From NCBI GenBank assembly GCA_043764415.1, contig JAYUKO010000155.1, positions 1 through 54,401 on the forward strand: a DNA stretch of 54,401 nucleotides, read 5' to 3'. Positions within the stretch are counted from its first letter, which is position 1. Each line of letters begins with the position of its first letter. The stretch is from Bdellovibrionales bacterium. Lineage in GTDB: Bacteria; Bdellovibrionota; Bdellovibrionia; Bdellovibrionales; JAGQZY01. The notes beneath the pieces were generated by a model that had not been told where the DNA came from, did not search any database, and saw only the letters and a program-made list of their open reading frames with translations. This document shows positions 1-9,900 of the stretch, one piece after another. The position numbers were made by a program, and so were the translations under genes.

Positions 1-681
1 CACAAAATAGCTGACATTGCTTTTTTCTTTTTCCTGCGCCAAGTAGGTCAAACTCAGTCCGTAGGTTGTTCCTAACACGGCTCCAGCAATCACATCGTGT
101 AACCAGTGCTTGTTATCGTTGATTCGACTAAAGGCGACCATGGTGGCAAGGCCGTAAGCAGGCACTGCCCAGTACCACTCATGTTGAGTACCTACGACAG
201 ATGCAAAAGCGAAAGCTGTTGTTGTGTGACCGGATGGAAAACTCTCACGGCTGCTGCGTACATTGGGACGAGGCTCCCGCACGATGGCTTTCAAGCCATT
301 TGCAACAACACCCGAATACAAAGATGCTTTAAACATGAGTACTGACTTTTTATAATAGGTTTCGTCACCAAAATACTTATAGAGGCCGTACATAACGCCC
401 GCGTAAATTGCGTTAGGAATAGTTTGTCCAGCATAGTCGCCAATAGTAGACAAAGAGCCCAGGGGTTTGTTTTCCACAGTTTCGTTCTGAACGTCGTGTC
501 CCAGAGTGTCTTCCACCGTGTCCAGAGCAAATATCGCAGTGGTTGCAGACCCGGCCAGCAAAAAATATTTTGCATCCGTCGTGAATGGCGATGCCAGCTC
601 ATCGAGTCGATCTCCCCAAAATCCCGCTTGAGAGTTTTGTACCAATACAACAATCAGCAAAAAGAGAAGATTTCTTGTCAT
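1..681 (-). CDS. PAP2-superfamily lipid phosphatase (membrane); 3' end runs off the left edge of the window
   Basis: Absent from the ORF track because no stop codon lies in the window. Reading the minus strand from ATG (complement of 679-681) gives 227 uninterrupted codons, MTRNLLFLLIVVLVQNSQAGFWG... It carries the three PAP2 motifs in order: KAIVREPRP, PSGH, SRINDNKHWLHD. The listed ORFs at 106-687 are in other frames and have no motifs. Confidence 0.8.
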   Translation of the reverse strand, partial: MTRNLLFLLIVVLVQNSQAGFWGDRLDELASPFTTDAKYFLLAGSATTAIFALDTVEDTLGHDVQNETVENKPLGSLSTIGDYAGQTIPNAIYAGVMYGLYKYFGDETYYKKSVLMFKASLYSGVVANGLKAIVREPRPNVRSSRESFPSGHTTTAFAFASVVGTQHEWYWAVPAYGLATMVAFSRINDNKHWLHDVIAGAVLGTTYGLSLTYLAQEKEKSNVSYFV

Positions 682-727
682 TTATAAATGATACATGAGC
701 GGTGCTGAATTACAAAAATTAAATGCT

Positions 728-1684
728 TTAAAAACTGACCACGAGTTGAGTAGTCATCATGCCGTTTTTATATACAGGCATCACCGACCACGAATAGGAG
801 TCGTCCGACGACTCCTGGGTTTTTTCTTTTTTGCCAAGCTGAGAGGCGGTTTTTCCGCAAACGTACCCTAAGGCAATGCCTAGCGGATAATCACTGGCCC
901 AGTGGACTCCATTATTGACCATTTGCCATCCTAAAAGCGTAACCCAAGTGACCTCGAGCGGCCGCAGCCAGTACTCATATTCTGGGTAATTATCAATAAG
1001 CACAGTAAAGGTCATGGTGGCAGTCATAACGTGGCCACTTGGCATAGCATCGTAACTTGGAGTGTTGTTTGCGTATTCAGAAATCGAAGGGAATGGTCGC
1101 CAAGCACCTTGCTCTTGAGTTTTTACATAGGGACTTTCGCGCCCGGTCGCTCTTTTTAGTATTTGGCTAAAGACTGTCGACACGGTCATCCCATGCACGA
1201 TTTGCAATCCCGTATTGTAGGCGCGATTGTTTTCGGAAAAATATCCGTAACCGATCATCGATCCTGCGATTGTGAAGTGTGTGATCCCATCGCCCAGAAA
1301 ATACATGGCTGAACCTGCGTCTGTGGGAAATCGCACTGGCCAAGGACCAATCTCAAACAATGCGTGGGTATTGTCGCCATTGCCAATACCCCACTTTCTG
1401 CCGTTTTTTTGCGTGTCCGCGTAAATATCTTCGTCATACTCGTAGAGCAAGGCCGTCGAACCGATAATCAATCCCCAATAGGGCAAACTCTCTTTGCTAA
1501 AACCCATTTGCAGCGATTTCCAACCGGTGGCAGGCAATTCGGTGATGACCGAAAAAAGCTCAATCTTTTCTGGGTTCTCTCCGACTACAGCTTCTTCTTC
1601 AACTTCTTCATCTGCGCCGTCGTCAGCAAATCCTGAAATCGCAAAGCTAGTGGTTAATAGAATTAAAAAAATGGCTTTTATCAT
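728..1684 (-). CDS. secreted/periplasmic PAP2-like phosphatase
   Basis: 318 aa. Signal peptide MIKAIFLILLTTSFAISGFA. PAP2-type motifs KRATGRESP, MPSGHVMT and HWASDYPLG. Its ATG lies 1 nt past the stop of the upstream eptA-like gene. Confidence 0.65.
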   Translation of the reverse strand: MIKAIFLILLTTSFAISGFADDGADEEVEEEAVVGENPEKIELFSVITELPATGWKSLQMGFSKESLPYWGLIIGSTALLYEYDEDIYADTQKNGRKWGIGNGDNTHALFEIGPWPVRFPTDAGSAMYFLGDGITHFTIAGSMIGYGYFSENNRAYNTGLQIVHGMTVSTVFSQILKRATGRESPYVKTQEQGAWRPFPSISEYANNTPSYDAMPSGHVMTATMTFTVLIDNYPEYEYWLRPLEVTWVTLLGWQMVNNGVHWASDYPLGIALGYVCGKTASQLGKKEKTQESSDDSYSWSVMPVYKNGMMTTQLVVSF

Positions 1685-1685
1685 C

Positions 1686-3356
1686 CTAATTCACCGAATT
1701 TGTTTCGCAAGCATGATTATCCAGACTGAACAAATCCAAGGTTTTGTTGTACTCATGGGTTGAGATCGAAAGTAAACCAAGGACCGTAGAAAAAATGTAA
1801 TCGTGATTAAATTTGCATTTCTTCAGATGTTCAAAAGTAGAACTCATATGGGTTGTGCTCCTCAGCTCCGGAGACAGCCAAAAAAGCAGCGGAATTTCTT
1901 TCTGTTCTTTGGGCGCGATAAAGTATGGCAAAGAGTGCAAATAGACCCCGTTCTCCCCGAGGGACTCTCCATGATCCGAAACATACGCTAAAGCCGTATC
2001 TCTGTCTTGATGCAAAGTTTTTAAGTATTCAATGGTCTTTGCGATAAAATGATCTGTGTACAGAATTGTGTTATCATAGGAATTAATTATTTCGTTTTTT
2101 GCACATCGACTTAAATCGCTGGTCTGACAGGAAGGCTGAAACTTGTTAAATGTTTCTGGCACTCGGAGGTGATACGAAGGTCCATGACTTCCTAGAGTAT
2201 GTAACACCACAAGCTGATTTTCATTTTTTTTCACATCGACGATCGACTTGAGTGCTTCCAATAAAACTTCGTCATAGCACGAATTTTGGTTGCACAGCTT
2301 TGCTTGCTTAAACGCTGTGAGATCTATTTGCTGAATGCGGTTGCACACACCCTGGCATCCTGTGTTGTTGTCGATCCATGCAACTTGATAACCTGCAGAT
2401 TTAACCACATCCAATAAATTCCCGCGAGCGTCGGCCGAGTCCATATTAAAATTCGACTGACCCAAATTTGAAAAAATGCAGGGAACAGATGTCGCGGTCG
2501 CCGTGCCACAGGAAACAACTTTAGGAAAATTAATAATATCTAGCTTTTTGAGGAGCGGAGTTGTTTCGTTGGTCTTGTAACCATTTATCGAAAAATGATC
2601 GGAGCGAGCTGTCTCGCCCAAGATTAGGACGACCAATCGACCTTTTTTTGCACTGAACTTGGCATCCTGGCCGATGGGTATAAAGGTGTGATGTTTTGGA
2701 AAGGCTCTGCCTTTCCAGTATTTGCTAATTTGGTACACGGGCCCCACGGGATTTACCAGATGTCTGACCTGGCGATTATTTCTAAGGAAAGAAGCATAGT
2801 CTTTATAAAAAAATACCGAAATCACTCCCACTCCTAAAAAACAAAGCAAAACCACTTTTCCTGTAACTTGCAGTCTTCGAAGGGGTCGTTGGGATTGCAG
2901 ATTCACAAACAAATTTAATAGCAAAAAAACAAGGGTCCATAAAACCGACCAAAAGAGAAGGTCGCGATTAAAAAATTGCGAGGATTCGGCAAACGTGGTT
3001 TCAAAGAAGCTTTTAAAAATCGTATCATCCGCCACAATTCCATACCTTGTGGAAAAGTAATTTGCGTAGGCCGAAACGATAAACAGACAAAAAGCCCCAG
3101 AACGAAGAATATTGAGAAGGTAAAACGGCAACAAACAAATAGCGGAAAGTACACCCACGATAAAGACATTAGACAAAACAAAAAAGATGCCCTGTATACT
3201 GGGCATCTGATCCAAATTGAAAATAATTGAGAATAATTTTTGATTGAAGAAAAGACAGATGATCAGCGCATTTAGGAGAATAAAGGTCGCAGGCTCGAGG
3301 TTAATGCGCTGTAGCTTGGAGCTGCCAGATGAAGAAACAGATGCCGGAGTTGTCAT
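1686..3356 (-). CDS. eptA: phosphoethanolamine--lipid A transferase (EptA/MCR family)
   Basis: 556 aa. Hydrophobic N-terminal membrane domain, then a sulfatase-fold domain with the family nucleophile motif LGETARSDHFSINGY, plus HTLGSHGPSY and SDHGESLGENG. Confidence 0.85.
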   Translation of the reverse strand: MTTPASVSSSGSSKLQRINLEPATFILLNALIICLFFNQKLFSIIFNLDQMPSIQGIFFVLSNVFIVGVLSAICLLPFYLLNILRSGAFCLFIVSAYANYFSTRYGIVADDTIFKSFFETTFAESSQFFNRDLLFWSVLWTLVFLLLNLFVNLQSQRPLRRLQVTGKVVLLCFLGVGVISVFFYKDYASFLRNNRQVRHLVNPVGPVYQISKYWKGRAFPKHHTFIPIGQDAKFSAKKGRLVVLILGETARSDHFSINGYKTNETTPLLKKLDIINFPKVVSCGTATATSVPCIFSNLGQSNFNMDSADARGNLLDVVKSAGYQVAWIDNNTGCQGVCNRIQQIDLTAFKQAKLCNQNSCYDEVLLEALKSIVDVKKNENQLVVLHTLGSHGPSYHLRVPETFNKFQPSCQTSDLSRCAKNEIINSYDNTILYTDHFIAKTIEYLKTLHQDRDTALAYVSDHGESLGENGVYLHSLPYFIAPKEQKEIPLLFWLSPELRSTTHMSSTFEHLKKCKFNHDYIFSTVLGLLSISTHEYNKTLDLFSLDNHACETNSVN

Positions 3357-3426
3357 ACGAAAAGGTTAACAGGTGACCCTTGCGCCAGTATTGCGTGCGC
3401 ATTACAAATTAGTAATCATTCTTTTT

Positions 3427-3456
3427 TTGAATCTACCCTCGTAACTATGCTAGAAT
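3427..3456 (+). promoter_or_regulatory. candidate sigma70-type promoter (TTGAAT-N18-TAGAAT) for the response-regulator operon
   Basis: TTGAAT at 3427-3432 and TAGAAT at 3451-3456. Only 6 nt (gcaggc) separate the -10 box from the ATG at 3463, and there is no Shine-Dalgarno sequence. Confidence 0.35.
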
Positions 3457-3462
3457 GCAGGC

Positions 3463-4149
3463 ATGAATATTATCATCGTCGAGGATGACCACAAAATTTC
3501 GCAGTTTGTAACCAATGGGTTAAAACAAGAAGGCCATCAAGTGGACACTGCTTTTGACGGGCGCACTGGTCTCGACCTTTTACGACAAAAACAATACGAT
3601 CTTCTCATTCTCGACCTGATGCTGCCGTTGCTTGATGGATTGTCGGTTTTAAAAATTTTAAAGCAAGAAAACATTTCTTTACCCGTCTTAATTTTGAGTG
3701 CCAAGCAATCCGTAGACGACAAGGTCGAGGGTTTGAACATGGGTGCCGACGACTACCTGGTGAAACCATTTTCTTTTTCGGAACTCAATGCCCGGGTGAA
3801 TGCCCTCTCTCGACGAAAAATTGAAGTGGTGAAGGAATCGCAATATCTCAATCTCGGCGATTTGATTTTAGACCGCTATAGCCGAAAAGTGAGCGGGGCT
3901 GGCAAAACCATCGAGCTTCAATCGAAAGAGTTTTCCTTGCTCGAGCTTTTTTTAAAAAACAAAGATCGGGTTTTATCTAAAAATATTATCCTCGACAGAA
4001 TCTGGAATATTGATTTTGACCCACAAACCAACGTGGTGGATGTGTTGGTCTGTCGTTTAAGAAACAAGCTTGAACGGGCCACCAGCAAGAGGTATATAAC
4101 CACTATACGCGGCATGGGATACGTTTTAAATAATGAAGAATCGAATTAA
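3463..4149 (+). CDS. OmpR/PhoB-family response regulator (PmrA/BasR-like by context)
   Basis: 228 aa. Receiver motifs IIIVEDD, LLILDLMLP (phospho-Asp) and LVKPF. C-terminal winged-helix region ending RGMGYVL. Confidence 0.9.
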   Translation: MNIIIVEDDHKISQFVTNGLKQEGHQVDTAFDGRTGLDLLRQKQYDLLILDLMLPLLDGLSVLKILKQENISLPVLILSAKQSVDDKVEGLNMGADDYLVKPFSFSELNARVNALSRRKIEVVKESQYLNLGDLILDRYSRKVSGAGKTIELQSKEFSLLELFLKNKDRVLSKNIILDRIWNIDFDPQTNVVDVLVCRLRNKLERATSKRYITTIRGMGYVLNNEESN

Positions 4150-5515
4150 AAGAACATTAAGTCAGGCCTTGTCCATCAATTTGATACTGACGCTGCTTGG
4201 AAGTCATCTGCTCATCACCGGATCTCTTTTTTTCTTGTTAAAATTTGAATTGGCGAAACGCGACAAAAATGTCGCGATCATTCGTTCCCATGAAGTGTGT
4301 GACGTTATCGAGCTCCATGGCATCGACTACCTCAAAACAAAAGATGCTGCAATTCACTTAGAGGATTTCAACCGATTGCTTATTGTTGTCACCGATGCTT
4401 TAGGAAATAAAATCTTTGAAAAAATGCCGGTGGATTTGAAAAATTTTAGCCAGGAAGAGATCGCAACAGTCCTCAAAGAGTCGTTAGACAACTTAGGCGC
4501 GCACACTGTAAATCCAAAACTACCTTTAGAAGAAACCATCGAGATCTTTTCGCAAAATGTGCTTTCTTACCGAGTGGCTGTGGGTTTTGATACAGACTCC
4601 TCGGAAGATTTTGCCAATCTGTATTTTAAATCGGCCATCTATCTGGTTTTAATAACATCACTTTTAAGTGCGCTGTACGTGTATTTTTTTACGATTCGAA
4701 AACTAAAGCCTATCAATCAGCTTATTGAAACAGTTCAACAAATCCAGTTGGGTAATCTCACACCAATTCCCATGGATCTCGACTCAAAATACGAGCTGTA
4801 CGAACTCACAAGATTATTTAACGAAATGATTCTCCACATCCGAAAGCTCATTGCCTCGCTGCAAGGCTCCATCGACTCCATCGCCCACGACTTGCGAACT
4901 CCCCTCACCCATATTTCGCTCAAACTAGAATCGTTAATCAATTCCGACCAGCAGATCAGTAAAGAGACCTTCGGTGACCTGCTCGAAGAAACTAACGAAA
5001 TCACCAAGCTCGTCAACACGCTTCTTGAAATTACCGAAGCGGATTCAAAAAGTTTAACTCTTAAAAAAGAAGCCTTCCCGCTTCGCCCGCTTTTGCAGGA
5101 ATGTATCGATCTTTACGAGTACGTTTTAGAAGACAAAAAATCAAAGATTGATCTTTATTGCGAACCTGAGATTACGCTCAAAGCCGACAGAAACCGCATC
5201 AAGAGAGTTTTTGCCAACCTCATCGACAACGCCATCAAATTCTGCGGAGACAGCCCTACAATCTCCATTCGCTGTGCACAAATAGACTCCGCAATTTTAA
5301 TCACCATCGAAGATAACGGCGTGGGAATGTCTACAGACGATATTAATAAAATTTGGCAGCGTCTGTACCGCGGCGATCAAAGTCGAACAACCAAAGGGAT
5401 GGGTTTAGGACTGAGTTTTGTAAAATCCATTCTCGACGCCCACGGCTGGACCATCACTGTGGAAAGCGAAATCAATCAAGGCTCAAAATTTAAAATCGAG
5501 GCAACAACAACTTAA
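4133..5515 (+). CDS. sensor histidine kinase (PmrB/BasS-like by context)
   Basis: 460 aa. Two hydrophobic segments flank a periplasmic loop of about 130 aa. H-box IAHDLRTPLT, N-box NLIDNAIKF, G1 EDNGVGM, G2 GMGLGLS. Overlaps the regulator gene by 17 nt. Confidence 0.9.
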   Translation: MKNRIKRTLSQALSINLILTLLGSHLLITGSLFFLLKFELAKRDKNVAIIRSHEVCDVIELHGIDYLKTKDAAIHLEDFNRLLIVVTDALGNKIFEKMPVDLKNFSQEEIATVLKESLDNLGAHTVNPKLPLEETIEIFSQNVLSYRVAVGFDTDSSEDFANLYFKSAIYLVLITSLLSALYVYFFTIRKLKPINQLIETVQQIQLGNLTPIPMDLDSKYELYELTRLFNEMILHIRKLIASLQGSIDSIAHDLRTPLTHISLKLESLINSDQQISKETFGDLLEETNEITKLVNTLLEITEADSKSLTLKKEAFPLRPLLQECIDLYEYVLEDKKSKIDLYCEPEITLKADRNRIKRVFANLIDNAIKFCGDSPTISIRCAQIDSAILITIEDNGVGMSTDDINKIWQRLYRGDQSRTTKGMGLGLSFVKSILDAHGWTITVESEINQGSKFKIEATTT

Positions 5516-5540
5516 TCTCCCGACTTTTTTGCCTTCATTA

Positions 5541-6998
5541 TTAAGGCCCTTTAATAAGGATCAAACCACTACCCCACCCGGTACTCGTGGAATGTGTTCC
5601 TGTAAAATTTCCGGTGGCACCGGCTGTGGCTTGCACTTTGTCCATAGTTCTTGTTTCCCACCCTGCGTAATACTCTCTTTGTGTAAAGCCTGTTATCAAA
5701 CCTGGAGTTCCAAAACCTGTTCCCAGTGCATATATAACTGAATTGCTCAAAGAGGTTCCGCCCAAATAAGTGATCGTGGTGCCACTTCCAGTGTTTGCTG
5801 TCGCAACAGTGACTGGGTTCGTTATGTTGACTCCGCGGTAGATTGTAAAATTGGAGTAACTGTACGCTGCCCTGGTGTCTGAGGTTGAAAAAGAAAAATC
5901 AAAGTACGAAGCAGCGACGTCGGCACTGATTGCAAGTTTTGTAAAAATTCGATTCCCAAAAGTGCTAATATTAAACGAAACCTGTTCGGTCCAGCCTGTG
6001 GGTGGCGTGTACACTCCCGTATTTTGTACGGAGAGATAGACCACCATCAGATCGTTGATGGTCAGCTGCGAAGGTTTATTGAGTCGCATGTAGGTGGAAT
6101 TCATTGTATAGGAGCTCGCTGTGACCACATGTGTAGGAGTTGGGGCTGTACACGTAATACTAAATCGGCTGCTAAGTATTTTACAATTATGGGCCACCTC
6201 TGTTGGATTGAGTGCCACGTTATAAATGCGAACAATGCCATAAGCTCCAGCTAAATAGAACTGCGTTCCGTCCCAAGAGCCAATATGCACATTCCCAGTG
6301 GTATTTCCCATTCCTGTGTAAGTGCCCGTAGTGCTCGTCGCGCCTGCCATCAAAATTCCATTGTTATAAATACGAATTCCGTTAGGACTTTCTGATCCAT
6401 CATAAGTCACGATCACATGGTTCCATGCTCCTGTCGAAAGCGATGCAGTCGTTGCAAACCTGATTCGATTGGTACTCCAATTTGTAGTTATCAAATCAAC
6501 AGTGATGGTTTCGGTGCCCGACAGCCAAACGACAAACTCGCCTGCGTTTGCAGCGCCCATCTTGCTGATTAAAGTTCGATTGCTTGCCGAATCTGTGACA
6601 TTGACCCACATTTCTAAAGTGAACGGACGGTCGTTGCCGCTGCCATCTGTAAATGAAAGATTATTATGATCGCTCACTGTGATAGTGTCGTTAGTGGAAT
6701 CTTTACTAATGCGATTTGGAGAGTCTAACCAGCCCGTTGTTGTGCAGGTGTCGAAATTTGCGAGAGTTGCATTATAAAGGCCTTTCTGATCATACCATGT
6801 CAGGTTGCTGGCGCAGCCGGTGCCCGCAGTATAAGCTGCTGTGGTTGAACTGTTCGCTTTGAGTGCATCAAAGTTTAAAACTAAATCAGACAGTATAGGG
6901 CCGCTGGCTTTGCGCGTGCCGCCTCCCAACCGAGCTTCCGCTGGCGTAATTAACAATATCACTAACACAAATAGTGTATAGCTTAGTTTTCTCGCCAT
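5541..6998 (-). CDS. secreted LamG/concanavalin-A-like lectin domain protein with an unassigned C-terminal half of about 200 aa
   Basis: I start at the internal ATG (complement of 6996-6998), giving MARKLSYTLFVLVILLITPAEA as the signal peptide. LamG_3-type core: RPFTLEMWVNV...FVVWLSG...WNHVIVTYDGS...IRIYNNG...IVRIYN. Overlaps the 3' end of the giant gene by 16 nt. Confidence 0.7.
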   Translation of the reverse strand: MARKLSYTLFVLVILLITPAEARLGGGTRKASGPILSDLVLNFDALKANSSTTAAYTAGTGCASNLTWYDQKGLYNATLANFDTCTTTGWLDSPNRISKDSTNDTITVSDHNNLSFTDGSGNDRPFTLEMWVNVTDSASNRTLISKMGAANAGEFVVWLSGTETITVDLITTNWSTNRIRFATTASLSTGAWNHVIVTYDGSESPNGIRIYNNGILMAGATSTTGTYTGMGNTTGNVHIGSWDGTQFYLAGAYGIVRIYNVALNPTEVAHNCKILSSRFSITCTAPTPTHVVTASSYTMNSTYMRLNKPSQLTINDLMVVYLSVQNTGVYTPPTGWTEQVSFNISTFGNRIFTKLAISADVAASYFDFSFSTSDTRAAYSYSNFTIYRGVNITNPVTVATANTGSGTTITYLGGTSLSNSVIYALGTGFGTPGLITGFTQREYYAGWETRTMDKVQATAGATGNFTGTHSTSTGWGSGLILIKGP

Positions 6999-9900
6999 AC
7001 CATGGATGCATACCATGTTGTTTCTCCACCGATAATTAAAAACTGATAAATTGTTGTCTCGCCAACACCAGCTGCCGGAGCTGCTGCTGTCCCTGTGTCC
7101 CACTTGATTGTATTTCCGTTACCGGCCCACGCTAAGGTGCGCGAACCCGTAGCGTCCTGTACAACTCTCACTGTTAAAGTGAACGCCTGATCTGTCGCTA
7201 GTGTACCGATCGTAGGGAGTGTTAAAGTGGTATTCCCGTTGAGTGTAATTCTGCGCACGTTGCGGCTTAAATCCGGGATCGTGTAGGTCGTGCTCGAGTT
7301 CGTGGCCGTGGCTGCGCCCTCGTCAGAGGCCAGAACTCTTGCTGTTCCTGCCACATCCAATGCAACGGCTGGGGTGATGGAGCCGATACCAACATTGCCG
7401 GCGAAGTAGTTGGCGCCACCAGCCGAATAGAGCGCGTAATTCAGTGTTGATCCTGCCGTTTGACTGTCGATATAGACGCCGTAGTTGTTGGCAATGGCGC
7501 CGGTGCTTGTGTCGGTTGCGGCGCGGACTCTGACTCCGTAGTTGTTAGTGATGCTCCCTGTTCCGTCGACACCGCTAACTACGTCTAAAATACTCACGTT
7601 GGTGGCAGTTTCCGCACTACCTTGAAAGATAAATTCACCGACTTTTGCGGCCGAGAGATTGGCGCCACCCGCTGCTCCAGTGTGATCCACGCGTGCGCGG
7701 GTCGCCGTCATCGTACCAGTCTGGTTTCCAGAACGATTCGAAATTACATAACTCTCTTGCCCAATAAAATTGGCACTTCCAGCCGCAACTCCATTAACAA
7801 AAGCGTAATTCGATTGATTAATTACTGTGCCGGTCGTTTCGGAATAGGGATTTGTCATGAATTCAAATTTTGCAGGGTTAAACGATGCGCCGCCAAATTC
7901 AATATCTCCGTTATTTTTAATTTCTATCCGTGTTGAATTGTTGGTTTCGAACAACAGACCATAGTTGTCATTGGTCCCTAAGGTTGCATCAGCAGTAAAG
8001 GAATTCCCGGCGTTCACGAAGCCAGTGGTCCCGGTTAATGCCGTCACCCAAGATAAAACACCACTGCCATTCGTTTGTAGCACTTGTCCCGAACTTCCAG
8101 CCGTCGTTGGAAGTGTGAGCGCGTAGCTTGTAGTGATGGCATCGGGAGCGCGGATTGTGGCCGTGTCGGCACCACCGGCGGCGAGTTCGCGTAGGATCAG
8201 CTGACCGGTTTGTCCTGTCCCTGTTCCGCTTGGTCGCGAAGTGACTGCGCCAGCCACGTCTAGCAACGTGCCCGGAATCGTGGTTCCAATTCCAAAGTTC
8301 CCACTTGCCAGTATTCTTGCTTTCTCTGTGAGCGAGCTCGCGGTGCGGGTTTCAAACGCCATAAAATTGTTATTTGCTGACTCCACCTCTGTGTAAATGC
8401 TCGCAGCGTTTACCGTCCCAGCTTTAAATTGAATGGAAGTACCCGAACCGACCCCTGAGGACGAATTTTTTACGGTGACCACCGGAGATATGCCCGCCGA
8501 ATTGCCTTCGACCCATAGGCCATATTGATTCGTATTAAAGCCACCAATACCAACTCCACCAGAGGCTACGTAAAGAGCGTTCGCATCGGTAAACGTGGTG
8601 TTAGCGCCAGCTGTTGGTTTGTCCGCAATGTAGACTGTTGCCGCCTTGGTATATGTTGTGGCTCCGGATGCGGCTAACGTGGGCGTGGCAAACGCATTGA
8701 CGTAGTTAGCAGCAACGGTGCCGGAGCTTGTGGTGTCCGTATAAGTTGCGGCATCTTGGCGAATACCGATTCCGTTTGCAGCCCAGGCTGCAGCCGAGCG
8801 ATTTGACGATTGATGAAGAACAGCCGCTGGCGCTGAAGTGCCAATACCCACATTTCCGCTCTGATCGATTACGAATGGACTGGTGTCACTAGCGACGTCA
8901 TTCACACGAAATGAATCTCCCGTGCCCGTATTTGTAATAGATAAAAAATTTGTTCCTGAAGCTGCGATATCGGTAGATGCATCCAATGACATGGTGTCTG
9001 AGAATTTATCAAAGTTTAAACTATCGTCGGCAATCGATGCCGCTCCAGTGGATGTCCAACTTAAGATGCCAGCCCCGTCAGTAGTGAGAACTTGGTTCGC
9101 AGCCCCCGCCGTGCCTGGAAGAGTGAGTGCATAACTTGTAGTTATAGCATCTGGCGCCCGAATCGCTACAGTGTCGGTACCACCGACTGCGAGCTCGCGC
9201 ATGATCAACTGACCTGTTTGGCCTGTCCCTGTTCCGTTTGGACGTGACGTGATGGCTCCGTTCACATCAAGCAATGTCCCTGGGACCGTGGTTCCAATTC
9301 CTAAGTTCCCTGCAGAGTCGATGCGCAAACGTTCACTTGTGGTATTGTCGAGCGTTGTCGAAATCGAAAAATAGCTATCGCGCGCCGTCGTGTCGTTGGA
9401 TTGGGCACCTTCCCAACCCCAACTGAATTGCGATGCGGATACTCGTGAACCATCTGTAAAGCCTTCCAGTTGAAATGATACCTTACCGCCAAATCCTGCG
9501 CCCGGTGCCGTAGCGTCCCCGCGAAGTCTGTAAAAATTAACGATATTATCTGTACTGTTTGTTGAGCCAATATCTTCAAAGGTAGAATCATAAAATGAGT
9601 TAGAGGTTGTAATCGAATAGGCCGATATCGTGCCTGTCACTGCCATCGTATTGTTGTTGTTATCAATAATGCGAAGGCGCTCGGTTCCGCCCGTACTTGC
9701 AGCGAGAATATCTGCCGAGGGACTATACCAACCCGTGTTCGTATCACCCGAAAAGGAGTAAGTGGGAGCTCCAACGGACCCAAGACTTCCAAGTAGTGGA
9801 AAGGCTGGCGTTGTCGACGAAGTTGTCCAACTTAAAATACCTGCGCCGTCAGTTGTTAGAACTTGATTGGCAGCTCCAGCGGTCCCTGGAAGTGTGAGCG

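Noticed and set aside
106-687. Three listed ORFs (106-345 +, 291-653 -, 424-687 +)
   Set aside because: They have no motifs and all overlap the motif-rich, uninterrupted PAP2 frame on the minus strand (1-681), which the track omits only because its stop is off-window.
3381-3420. ATTAC-aaatta-GTAAT inverted repeat as a PmrA-type box
   Set aside because: It has only 5-bp arms in AT-rich DNA, and OmpR-family boxes are usually direct repeats. The evidence is insufficient.
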